Assembly: GCA_013265495.1 (NCBI GenBank)
Contig: MU058463.1
Coordinates: 744,001 to 808,000, forward strand
Direction of reading: 5' to 3'
DNA: 64,000 bases
From: Vicugna vicugna
Taxonomy: Eukaryota
Shown here in pieces: positions 1 to 12,690 of the stretch (the first letter of the stretch is position 1; each line of letters starts with the position of its first letter). The position numbers and the translations under genes are program-made. The notes under the pieces were generated by a model. The model was not told the origin of the DNA, searched no databases, and was given only the letters and a program-made list of their open reading frames with translations.

Positions 1-310
1 AATCTCGTTAAGGTACATATAACACATGTAATATGTTATATGATTACCTTATTATATTTGATCTATTATATATTCAATATGAACTCCTAAAAAGAGTGCA
101 ATCATATTTCAGTTTTCAAACTATGAATAATTTTACAATTATTGACTAATACCTATATTATGTGAGTGTTTGTGTGAGGGGGGAGGAGATGGAGAGAAAG
201 ATGAGAGAGCATGAGATTTTATTAGTATTGAATATCATCACCCTGAATATTTTTATTTCATTTTATGCTAAATCTCAAAAGTCACAAAAGTTTCATGAGT
301 TGAAGTTTCT

Positions 311-460
311 TTTTTTTTTTTTACATTTTTTAATAGTTTTTTTGTGGGGGAGGAAGTAATTAGGTTTATTTATTTATTTTTAGAGGAGGTACTGGGGATT
401 AAACCCAGGACCTCCTGCATGCTAAGCGTGTGCTCTAACACTTTTAGCTATACCCTCCCC
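311..460 (-). mobile_element. tRNA-derived SINE, camelid Vic-1-like
   Basis: Minus strand reads GGGGAGGGTATAGCT...AGCATGCAGGAGGTCCTGGGTTTAATCCCCAGTACCTCC (A-box and B-box-like head), then an A-rich tail. Imperfect TSD tgagttgaagtttct (296-310) / taagttgaggttttt (461-475). Confidence 0.9.
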
Positions 461-899
461 TAAGTTGAGGTTTTTTTAATTAAAAATCACCTTTATAAGC
501 TGTCATTAAACTATTCCACCTATCACCTCTGCCCTCTTTCTTCATTTTGGTTACTGACAAGGATCCAAGAAAGGGGTAGTGTGACGAGCATGGGTGAAAT
601 GCATTCTAAGACACATGCCCCTAAGAATTAAATCATTATTAGCAGTTCTATGAATAAGAATAATTCCAAAAATGGTACAATTGAATTTTATCATTTTTTA
701 TGGAATACTTCATTTTAAACCTTCAGAAAAATTGGCAATAGAGTATAGAAATTGGTTCCTGTGAGTGGGAGATATCTTATGTAACATCATTGTGAACTCA
801 GAAAAGCAAATGTAAGAGTAATGTTGAATAATATTTGCTTTTAAGTATTGATTTGTCATGCAAAATAAAATGTATTGAAGTACTAGCAGAAAAAATAGA

Positions 900-1330
900 A
901 TTAAAGAAAAATACAAATGGCACCTGTAAAAAGGTAAAAGGAAAAGTAAAAAAAAGAATACATTTGTAGAAGCACAAAAGTAAACTATAGCACAAATATT
1001 TCCAAATTTATAATGTAAACTAGACACAAAATACAGATAATTTTCCAAATATAACTGGCAGTATATATAAATGTTCTACGCTGAAACAATGGAAACAATT
1101 ATTTTAAAGCAGTCAGAAAATACATCCATAAGTTACCAAATATTAAACAGTGTTGGAACTATCTATAAGTTTTAAGAAGCAAAATATTTAGTGGCACATT
1201 CTCATAAAAGAAGGCACTAAAAGCAGAAATGAAAAACAAATTTTTCATAAAATATACCAAATTACTTGGAAACTTTGAATAGATATATTTATTAATCATT
1301 TTAGGATAAGATGAAATCAGAACTTACTTG
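900..1330 (+). mobile_element. Ancient L1 ORF2 (endonuclease-region) fragment
   Basis: A-rich degenerate sequence resembling the L1 ORF2 5' part (ttctcataaaagaaggcactaaaagcagaaatg...tacttggaaactttgaatag). No open frame. Confidence 0.45.
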
Positions 1331-1449
1331 CCCTCAATTTTGAGATTGAAACATTAAGATGATGAATATACAATGGAACTTGAAGTTCTAAAGTGAGGCT
1401 TAAAACTAAGTTGTAAAAAGGAAGATAACATTTTAATTAATGACAATTT

Positions 1450-2120
1450 TGTTTACTACTATCTTGGAGTTACTGGTGCTGGACTTACTCCAAAATGGTC
1501 AACAGTTATAAAACTGGGCAAAATACGTGAGACAAATCTTTTCAAACATAGGAAAACTAACTGTGACACTTGATAGAAAAAAAGATATACAAGGTGAGCT
1601 TTACCTACCTTTCGCCTGGCTTTCTTTCGACATTTATGCAGTTTCAGACTTTGACTGAAGAATGTGAATCTAGCAGAGGGTGAAGTAGTCTTTCTGAGTT
1701 AAGGACACAAATATTTGAGTTCCATTTTTAGAAGCAGCTGATATTTGCAGAGAATATTATTGGAACATAGTAAGCTATCCCAAAATTTGACCCCAGAAGT
1801 CTTCATGGGGCTTTCCTCTACATCTTTGGCCAAGCATTGTTCTGGGCAGGTGGAGAGTGAGAATTTTAAGGTCTTGTAGGGTGTAACCACTGTGGAGTTT
1901 AAGCCAAAATGGATATCATAGTCATGCATTCCTTGGACATGTTAGAGTTCTGTCTAACTTGAGTGGAAACATATTACTGAGTACTTCAGGCATTCATTTA
2001 TGACTCCAGAAGTCCTACATTTTCATAGAAAGGGCCATGCTCTAAATTCAGAAAATGTCTTAATACTAAAGAAAAAATCTAAACAGACCCAATCTAGTCA
2101 ATAAGGGTCAAGTGAGAAGA
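1450..2120 (+). mobile_element. Ancient L1M 5'-region fragment
   Basis: Resembles old L1MC/ME 5' ends (ggagttactggtgctggacttactcc...aaactgggcaaaatacgtgagacaaatcttttcaaacatagga). Recall-based. Confidence 0.45.
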
Positions 2121-3515
2121 TAGTATCTGCTTTCATCATGCTGGGCACACTAATCATCTTCTATTCAGCTCAATGAAGATTAAATCATCTCCATAGAAAA
2201 AGGAAGATATTTTGAAAGGAAGACATAATGTAATCAACGCATAATAAAAATGTGGATGCCATCCCATGACCTGTACTTCAGCTGAGGGCACATTTCTTGA
2301 TATTCTTGTTGAAAAAACTCCTAATCAGAATTTTTTTTAATTATTCAAAAACTTACGATGTTTGGCCTTATTTAAGCCTTGAAAAAGATTTCATAGATTT
2401 GTATCTAACAATAGGCTGCAACACTTAATAATATAATTGAACCAGTTGAATACATTTTGATTTCTGCCTTTTTTTCTAATATGACAATAAATTATTCACA
2501 TTTGTTTATTTAATCAGTCATGCGTTATTCTGAATTATGGATGAGTTCTAAAGCATTAAATTAAAATAAGAAACCTAAGCCTACCTTGTAAGCAGAACTT
2601 GGAAATTACTATGATCAAGGTCTTTTGGAGTGAAGAATATTAAAAACCTGGAGATATAATCAGGGATTACACATAAGCTACTGGATATTGGAAACTGAAT
2701 TAGTTAAAATTCTACTGCTAGTTACAGACCAAAATTTGGATTCACTACTCTCCATCGTTAAATGTTCCTGCAGGAAAGATATTATACATGAAACCTCCAT
2801 GGTATGAAAATGATTATAAAAACACTGTACTGGAAAATTAAAATAATTTGTTTATTTAAATTGATAATGTAAAAGATATATAAGTTCAATATTTTGGTAA
2901 GTATAGTCCTTTGAAATGAATTTAAAAATTATCCTAATGCAAAAGTTATGGTTTTACTTTTTACTTATATTTTAGAATACACAATAATTCAAAATAATAA
3001 TTCATTGTCTTTCAAAGGATAAAGGCTGATCTAAAATGGCAAAACCTTAATAAATGTAAATATTTATACAGAAAAAGGATGAAGTTATATTTTGTTTGTC
3101 AAATAGATTCCATTGTTGTAGAATGATGAGGTTGCAAGACAAAAAGTAAATGATATATTTCAACACACACACATACACAAACACAATTTCTTCCTTTGCA
3201 GTATCCTCTTTATCTCCTAAGAGGGTACAAATTATTTATGTATCTTACTTTGTTTTAATAAATCTGGACTCTTTAGTAAATCTGGCTTTTTTCGTCATAA
3301 ATTTTTTTTTTAATTTACCATGCTTTTAATCTACTTTGCTCATAATGATGATCTACATTGATTTAAGTCCCTGAAATTACCCAGGCTCCTCTTTGCTGCT
3401 TGATGGCAGTAAAACTGATACAACTGATCTCAGGCAGGAAATCAGACATGTCCATGATGGCTATTTAAGAGCACCTAGGAAAACTCCAATGGTTATTAAA
3501 TGTTTATTAATAAAA

Positions 3516-3711
3516 AGTGTGTTTGGTGGTATTCCAGTAAATATTTATGGAAACTGAAATTTTCACTTTGCACAAAAAATTATTCTTCTTTTTCTTTTTC
3601 ATCTATTTAAACATGTAAAAAACATTTTGTTTCTTTTTTTTTTTTTTTGCCTTGGAGATTGTGCAATCAAGGTTCAGGCTGGATTTTGCAGCCAGGTTTT
3701 GGCAATCCCTG
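3516..3711 (+). mobile_element. MER58B-like hAT-Charlie DNA transposon fragment
   Basis: ttccagtaaatatttatggaaactgaaatt...tatttaaacatgtaaaaaacatt...ggctggattttgcagccaggttttggcaatccctg matches the MER58B terminal half. Confidence 0.65.
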
Positions 3712-5894
3712 ATACAGACAGGCTCCAACCTTCTATCTGGAGCATCAGGGAATGCTTTTGGATTTAAGAAGTGAGAAACAAAGACATGACAGATGAAAGG
3801 GAATTATACTTGCTAGGTCAGAATAGGGACTTAAAAATAAACACTTGACTAAAGGAGATCTTAATCTAGTAAAAGAGGTAGGGGAAATAGGAAATGGTTG
3901 TTCTAGAATGAGGGATCAGCTATTTACATTCTACAATAAAAGTGACTATGACGTTTTGGAAGTACCAAAATACATTTAGTGAGGCTGGCTCAAAGACAAT
4001 GAAATGTGGAACAGAAAGTGTATGATATTGGCAGACTCACTTTAAAACTTTCAGCTGACATCGCCTCCTTTGCAAAGATGAATAATAATATTCATCTTCT
4101 AGCATTGTTGAGTTAGCTGAGTAAGATAATTGATACAGAACTGCTACAGGTGGAAAGCTTAATTTTTATTCTTTATATATTAGCTCCTTCTCTAGAATTT
4201 TGCTTAGTAAAATATTTTATTTTCACTTTATAAAATTTAATTGTTCATATTGGTAATCAATGTTTTCAAATCAAATCAGTGTTTCTAAGTACACTATTTT
4301 ATTAAATTGGCCAGTTTGATTTCACTAAAAGTTTATTTTATAATGTTTACAAATCTCTGACAGTTGCAGATAATATTGTAATAGCTTAGGTAAGCTGAAT
4401 TAAAACCTTGTGTTATTTTGTTTTGTTCTGTTTTGAGTTTGGTCAGTAAGGGCAGATGGATATTAAGTATTTTATTTCTATTGCACTTACTTTTAAAAAT
4501 GAATTTATAAATTCATTTTTATTTTTTAATTAATTTGCTCAACAAATATTTACCAAGAGTACAATCACATGTAGCAATTATCTCTATATTATAACTTCAA
4601 AAGACAGGAACTACTTTTCCCTTAAAAACAAAGGCAAAGTATAATTAACCACCTCAGCAAGAAAAGCACACTTCTTCACTGCTCTTCAAACAATCCTGAA
4701 TGGATTCTTTATTCCCCCATAAAATAGATGGCCAGTTGATCTCATATCACCTCCTCTCCTTTCCCACACTGTGTATTTAGTGCTGAGCACACAGCCCAGT
4801 GAGCTATCAGCTATTATTATAGTGCTGTTTTCTTCTTTAATGTTATTTTTGACCTCTATATTTGTGATCCGATTCGGGGTGCTTTAATTAAGGTCAATTT
4901 ATCATATAGACAGTGAATTTATATTAAAAATCTGAGTACTCAATGTAAGGAGATGGTTGAGAAATGCTTTAACAAAAGCTTCACTTTCTAAATGAGATTT
5001 CATTCACTAAATTTGAAGCAGGGTTACTAATGGATGAAGTTAGGAGATATTGCCCTATCCACTGTGACTGACACCAAAATTGTCTAACATTTCCTCTTGG
5101 CTCTATTCCACTGATACATGTGTGGCCTTTGGATGTCACGGAAGGAAGCTCCAGGTTACTCATTTGTGAAATGGCAGCACAAAGACCCATAGACCTCACA
5201 GAAATTCAAAATTAATAATCATCAAATTTTGTAAAATGTTAATGAATACAAGTTAGCCCTGAGATTAGTGTTCTATACCTTCCAGCAATATATACTCTAT
5301 CCTTATCATCTTAAATCATTGTTGAAGATCACTAGTGGAATTTATGAGTCAGGGAACTAGATTCTGAAAGGTTTTTTTTTTTTTGTCTTATTTTCCATTA
5401 TATAGGAAGAATAAGAATTATTAAATAAAAGTCATTGAGAAGAAAATCAAAGTTTATAAAATTTTGAAACTTAACTAACATAATAAGCAACTCAAAAAAT
5501 ATTGATTGCACACTAAAGTTCTCTGCTAGGTCAGAAAAAAATATTTTTTATACTAAATAAGTTATCTATGATTGTCAAATTATTTTTAGTATTACAAATA
5601 GCCAAGGCAAACAGTCCTATGTGCTAAAGCCATATGAAATAAATATGGTGATACCTGTTTTCGTTTATATCTTTGTTGACAATGTTTATGAAGCTTTTTA
5701 AAAAGTAACATGTTTTAATATGATCCTTTTCAATGGTGAGGGAATATCCTCAAGAGTAAAAGGGAATACATTGTTTCATGTATCTTTAAAATACTGAAAA
5801 GTGTGAAATATAATACAAAAGGAAGATTCATGCAGCCAGAAAGTTGTTGAAAGAAATAATCAGAATGAAGGAGTAGGAAAAAAGAAAGGGAGGT

Positions 5895-6110
5895 AAATTC
5901 ATTTTACTGTCAGTATATGCCAAGCACTGGCATGTATTACCTCATTTAATACATACCACTATTGAATATAATTTAACAATAAATTGATCTAATAGGATTA
6001 ATTATGGAACCCAAGATCACTCAGCTGACAGTTAAAAAGATGATGTCAGCACAACACTAGATAACTCAAAGCCAGTATGTTTAATTTTTAATATACTATA
6101 GTGCCTTCTC
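5895..6110 (-). mobile_element. MIR SINE
   Basis: tatatgccaagcactgg...attacctcatttaat...cccaagatcactcagct...actcaaagcc: degenerate reverse-complement MIR core. Confidence 0.65.
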
Positions 6111-6626
6111 TAAGTAAGAAGTGGAAATTCTTTATCTTCCTATAATTTCCATGTGGTTAATGACTTTACTACTAGTTTTTAGAATATTTTTCAAAATGCA
6201 GTTTCCATAATCTAAAAGAAATTTGATAAAAGTCTTGGAATGTAACTGAGTTTTGTTTTAACTCTCAGGTGAGTAGAAAAACTCTAACAGAGAAGGATTA
6301 GCAAAGGAGTCACATGGAAAAATTCTGCATGGGAAAAAAATATGTTAAAATAAGATCAACAATTTATTTGAGGAAATTAGATATATGGTAGAAAATGAAA
6401 TTCACACACCTAAGATGGCCTAAGGAAAATGAAATGACCACTTATGAAATGGAAGACAAATGGAATGATTAGTCTTGGATATATGGACCCAGCAGAGAGC
6501 TTCTGGTGTTACTGTAGTAAACTAATGCATGTAAGCATTTAACTGTCACTCAATTGTAGACAGTGGATAATCACTGGATAGCAATAAGAAGTAAAACATC
6601 ACTGCCCTATGAACATTAATCATAGC

Positions 6627-6960
6627 TGTGAAAAACCGATAAACAGAAACTTCAGTTACATAGATTTGGGAGATCAAAAGGGGGAACACTCACACCCTGA
6701 GACATAGCAGAGCCCAACAGAAAGAAAAAAGACTTCTTTTTCCTGGCAAGGACTCAGCCAGTGAAAAGCCATCGACTCTTTACTAGAGCCCTCCCAACTT
6801 CCTTTCCCTCTCTATAAAAACATTCTCCTTTCCTTGCCCTTCAGTTACTTACACATAGCTCACCATGGTTTCAGACCTTGAACTGCAATTCTCTGCTGAT
6901 CCTAAGTTAGCTCAACTTTGCTGAAGAAATATCTGACAGTCTATTTGCTTCAGGTCAACA
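6627..6960 (+). mobile_element. ERV1-like solo LTR
   Basis: TG...CA termini (tgtgaaaaacc ... caggtcaaca), TATA-like ctataaaa near 6811 and LTR-like U5. No clear TSD. Confidence 0.65.
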
Positions 6961-7289
6961 TATGATCATACTGACAGCACTTTGAGAGTGTAAAAAAGAG
7001 ATGCCAAGCATACTCATATCACTTTCACCACCTATTAGTAAGAGGTACTAACTAAAGTGAAAAAAGTGGATGAAATAAAATCTAGGGATATTCATGCTGT
7101 ACAAACAATATTTCCATGACTCAACTTCAGAAGCTTCCTGGGAACAAAAACAATATTCCATTGTCAACTCAGTGGGAAGAACTGAGCTAAGAGCCTGCCT
7201 CTACTTTTGGAAGAATGCACTTTAACTCTCTTGTGAAATTACTGGAGGGTAATGACTTCTATCATTTAGGTCCAGAGGCATATGTAAGT

Positions 7290-7765
7290 GGCTTGGGAGT
7301 TCTAACTAGTCCTCATGCCACCACTTTTAAACTTCTCCAAATCGTCCACAGAGCTGCTAGGGAAATAGCTACTCACCCTATGAACATCTTTAAAACCTCC
7401 TTATTTGTCTTGAAACAGAACATAAGATTCTTACATTAGCATAAAATGACCCCCCAAATTATCATCTGCATTCTGCTTACCTGCTCAATCTTAATTTTCA
7501 CTTATTCATCTTTCATATCTTAAATTTTGATAGCCACAAAACTATATGCAACATTTTCAACATTCTATGCCATTCTTTCTCTTCTCTGCTCCAACCATTC
7601 TAAACTCAATCCAGATACTTAGATATTCTAAGAATCAGTTTGTGATTTCTTATGTTGTTTCTCTTTCTGAAATACTTTCTGCTTCTACCTTCCTTCAAAG
7701 TCCATCTAGTTTTCCAATTAAACATTGGTAGATTCTTTCACTGAAAAAAATTCACTGATCATTAT
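7290..7765 (+). mobile_element. L2 LINE fragment
   Basis: Degenerate pyrimidine-rich L2 3' region (ctccaaatcgtccacagagctgctagg...cagaacataagattcttacattagcataaaatgacc). Confidence 0.5.
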
Positions 7766-7814
7766 CTTTAAATTCAATTTCAATTTAAATCAAATCAATT
7801 TAACTTATAGCATA

Positions 7815-8385
7815 CAGTAATCATTCATACACTGCTCTCGCTTTCAAGGATATGTGATGTAAGCCATGGTTCCTACTCCTAAATATAAGAGAGTAATATT
7901 TAATTAAATGAAATCTAATTAAATAAACAGTTAAACCCTATATAGTGTATCTTATAATGTGACTGTGTCTAGGTAGCATGATAATATCTAGGGGTGGCAC
8001 TTAGTACCCTAATAATTTAGGGGAACATCTCTTTGAAATAGCAACATCTAAGATGATATGGAAGAAGAAGTAATAGTCAAATAGATGAAGGAAGAGAAGT
8101 CGTTGGGGAAGGGTAGCACAGAGGAATGAACATAGAAAAGACATATGGTGAAAGATGATTCTTGAGGGCAGAATAGCATGACCTGTTAAGCCCCATTAAG
8201 GAGTTTTCTATTTAACCAAGAGGATGTTGCGGAACCCAGGGAAAGCTGTTAAGCACAGCAATATATGTGATCAGATGGACATCTTTAAATGGTCATCATG
8301 AATAATTGAATAGAATTATTCAGAGAGGCCCATGAATGGAGAGAGACCAGTTTAATGTAATTGAGGGGTAGAAGAGGATGGCCCA
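7815..8385 (-). mobile_element. L2 LINE fragment
   Basis: Purine-rich degenerate L2 (cattaaggagttttctatttaacc...aagcacagcaatatatgtgatcagat...gagagaccagttta). Confidence 0.55.
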
Positions 8386-8387
8386 TA

Positions 8388-9230
8388 CAGTTGGCGCCTT
8401 TTATCAGTAGGTTCCACATAGAATTCAACCAACTGCTGGTTGAAAAAAAATTTTTTTTAATTTCAGCAAGTACCAAAAAGCAAAATTTGAATTTGCTGTT
8501 CACTGTAACTATTTACAGAGCATTTACATTGTATTTACAAATACTTACATAACATTTATATTGTAAAAGATATTATAAGTAATCTAGAGATGATTTCAAG
8601 CATATGGGAGAGTGTGTGTGTATGTTATATGCAAATACTATACCATTTTATTATTTTTTTAATTTATTGAAGTATAGGTGACTTACACTACTATATTAGT
8701 TTCAGGTGTACAACATAGTGATTTGATATTTTATAGATTACACACTACAAAGTTATTATAAATTATTGACTACATTTCCTGTGGTGTACATTACATCCCA
8801 GTAACTTATTTATTTTACAACTGGTAGTTTGTACTTCTTCATCCCCTTCACCTATTACACTTTGCCCACCACCTCTTTCCCCTCTAATAACCACTAGTTT
8901 GTTCTCTGTACCTGTGAGTCTGTTTCTGTTTTGTTACATCTGTTGGTTTGCTTTGTTTTTAGATTCTACATGTAAGTCAAAACATACAGTATTTGTCTTT
9001 CTTTGTCTGACTTATTTCACTAAGCATAATTCCCTTCAGGTTCACGCATGTGATCAAAAATGTCAAGATTTCATCCTTTTTATGGGTGAATAATATTCCA
9101 TTGCCACATCTTCTTTTTCTACCTGTAGACGGCATTTTATATAAGGGTATTGAGCATCTGTGGATTTTGTTATTCACGGGGACTCCTGAAATAACAATCA
9201 ATCCCCAGTGGATACCAACGGATGATTCTG
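8388..9230 (+). mobile_element. Tigger3a (Golem)-like TcMar DNA transposon, split by an L1 insertion
   Basis: Starts after TA with cagttggcgcc. Contains aaaaagcaaaatttgaatttgc and tattataagtaatctagagatgattt. Resumes at 9133 with cattttatataagggtattgagcatctgtggatttt...gatacc. Confidence 0.8.
8652..9132 (-). mobile_element. 5'-truncated L1 3' end inserted in the Tigger element
   Basis: T-rich tail at 8652, then typical laurasiatherian L1 3'UTR and ORF2 C-terminus (the ORF 8977-9249 part KKDEILTFLITCVNLKGIMLSEISQTKKDKYCMF is L1 ORF2). Flanked by repeated cattttat (8644-8651, 9133-9140). Confidence 0.88.
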
Positions 9231-10494
9231 GGATGAAGATAGAGGACAATAAACAGATTTTGGTGATAAAAACAATAACCCCTAATGATTATATGTGAGA
9301 AATGAGAATAAAACTATGCTTGTAGCTTAGACAAATATTGGCACTTGAAAATGAAGCCTTATATGTGATATAGGGACAAGTTCAAGAATATAATATATGC
9401 AGTAAGCTTTTAATAAACTACAATGTGATTCTGATATACATTTGAATTCCCCCTTAACAAAAAAGAGGTGAAAAACTTCACTAGAAGTATTGAGAAAAAT
9501 GTCCACATCCTGATAAGTTTAGATTTTTTTTTTTGCTTATGACAAATATACTTTTTTCTGGATTTCTTGATTATCTACCAAATGTGAAATATAAAATGTA
9601 ATTAAATTATTTTCATATATTTAATATTGTTTTTCATATTTCACAAGGAGGAGAAGTGCTGTGTTCTGTAAAATATTTTCTAAAAGGCTGCTGGAAAAGT
9701 GGTGAACGAATACCTGTGTGGCTATGCATTGCTTTTTCTGTACAAACATATCTGAGGTCTTACAAATACACTAAAAAAAAAAACAAAACCATTGAGATCA
9801 GGCAGATTTATATTCTTATGGATTGAAAATTTTCAAATTAAAAAAAAATTTCTAGCATTAAACCTCATGAGGAAAACAAATTGTTTTTAATCATTGCTAA
9901 GGAAGAAAAGGCCTTTCTTTAACATACTTAATACATATAAATAAATTTTATGAAGTGAGTGACTTAGTGTACCTTATGACAGCTTATCACCATTAAAGGC
10001 TGATTTTTATAGCATTCCATATTTGCCTTGTATTAAAGTTGAGCAGAACTATCAAATAGTAATAATTATAACAATGATTGTAATAAAAATAGGAAGGAGG
10101 AGGAGGAAAAAGAGAATAAAGAACCTTATTTTCAGTAAGGCAGGATCATGTTATCCAAAGTTATATTTGTATCACATTTACAGAGAAGAGTATTTTCTTG
10201 TGCATTATTAGGGTGGGAGGGAATCATATTTCCAAGGAGTCTGGGAATGTTGGAAAAAGACATTAGCATTCAGAGTACTTATAAACAATGCTAAAATTAC
10301 TTTTTCCGGTTTTCTTCTTTGATATTTTATGAAACAAATAATCGGGACCTATTAACCCTCATCTAGTCCTTGTATTCTTTTCATTTTTAAAAAACCTCTA
10401 TTCTTAATCAATGAGACTTACAATGCTGTTTATGTCACAGCTTCTAATAAAGTTGCATTTCATGGCTTTAGCCAGATTTTTAAACTTAATTTTT

Positions 10495-10941
<447 letters not shown>

Positions 10942-11379
10942 TAAACTTAATTTTTAATGTAGTTGTGGCTGAAGTTCTCACCTTTACTCTGATCCCAATT
11001 TTTGTTTTTCTGTAAATCAGCAGAGGGAGTGCTGACACGAAGGGAATTAAGGTGAGAAATTAATCCCCCTTGTGCCTGTCCATAATTCCTTCTCATTCTT
11101 CACCCTGTGACAGTCACAGCAGTTAGTAAACAGAGCTGAAAAACAGAGCATAGGGTAAAGGTAGTGCAACCTATTCTAATAGCACAGAGTCCCTGGATTC
11201 TGGGTTGAGTGTGTAAGACACTTAGAAAGCAGCAGAGGAATCTCTTGATAACTACCAGCATCCAGATATAAGATATAATAAGAAATAACCATATTTTGAT
11301 CTATAAAAAGATAACTAAAATGTAACAGTCAGGGAACTATGTTAAGAGATATTCTGTTTTTACCAAGAAATCCTCTCAC

Positions 11380-12120
11380 TTTAAGAAAAATTTTATATAA
11401 ATTGTATCACACACACAAAAGATTATACTTAATATATATTTATAATATAAAAAGTTATGTTAAAATAAATATATACATTATATATATATAATTTTATTGG
11501 TTTGAACTTTGTGCAATTCATCTAAAACTGTCTGCTCTTTTCCGTGCATTTCATGAAATTGGCCCACTATTACATATTTAAGACCTATCCAAATTGATAA
11601 ATGGTACAGTTATTTTCAGTAATGTCTTTTGTTATTTTATAAAGATACACATGATTTATGTGTGCTTTGTACTCTTGATGGACAGTTCCTAGGAAGATAT
11701 TCAAAATATTTAACAATAAATGTTGCATAAAACTTGTTGAAACAAAATCATAACCACTCGGAACATTGTTAGCTTAAAAAAAAAAAAGGAAAATAAACAA
11801 AAGAAATAGCCATACCAGTGCATCTCAGCCAAATTCAAAGTATTTGGGTAGCATCTTTTTATTTCCTACTAAAAATGGTTTGATCTGAGTATATCTGAAC
11901 ATGTATATTGGTGCAAATGTTCTTTTCTCTTAAAAAAAGCAAAATTGACAAACAGTTGAATATATGCAAATCGACTTTTATTAAATATGCCACATTGCTC
12001 GTGATGTTGTGCCAATTTAGCATCATTAGCAGTATGTGTGAGTTCCCACTAATCCACTAACACTGGTTCTTGTATGCTTAAGTTTTCCAGTCTGGTGGAG
12101 GTAAGGAAAAAAATTTTTTT
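11380..12120 (-). mobile_element. Ancient L1ME-like 3' fragments
   Basis: Degenerate L1 3'UTR/ORF2-end motifs (gtactcttgatggacagtt, catcattagcagtatgtgtgagttccc). Confidence 0.5.
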
Positions 12121-12289
12121 AATTCCTGGCACATAAAGCCTGGTGGAGTAAACTATAACCCAGATAGCTTAATATAAAACTGTATCTGATAATGTGATAG
12201 GACTGGTAATAGGGTAGGTTGTGATCTTCATTGAGAGGAAGAGGGCACATGAATATCTGAAATGCTAGGGAAGCAGAATGAAGCAGGAA

Positions 12290-12690
12290 TTACTAATTGT
12301 TCCCACATTCCATTTGCCCCCTTATTTTTTGTTGCTGGATTTTATGTGCACTTGGTAACATGCAGCTAAAAATAAAATTCTCAGTCCTCAAATAGTTCAT
12401 TGAAACCAAGTAACTACCTTTGGGCAATGGAATGTAAATGGTGATGATGTGGATTATTTCTGAGTCCTCTCCTTGCAGACAAAGCCACTTGCTCCAGGCT
12501 CCACATTTTCCTTTTATAATGTCCAGGAAATGGTGACAATTAGAGCCAATTTGGGAGTTTGTTTTAAGGATGGCAACACCAACATCATCCCCTCAAATCT
12601 AAAAATCTCATTCTGGGTTTTACGTAAATGAAAATAATCTCATACTTAAGCTGCTATATTCAATGATCTATTTATCACAGATCTATTTAC
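12290..12690 (+). mobile_element. Old MaLR LTR (MLT1J/K-like)
   Basis: tgcagctaaaaataaaattctcagtcctc...ggcaatggaatgtaaatgg...ttaagctgctatatt, characteristic of old MLT1 LTRs. Confidence 0.5.

Noticed and set aside
390..460. tRNA gene
   Set aside because: It is the tRNA-derived head of a SINE with tail and TSD.
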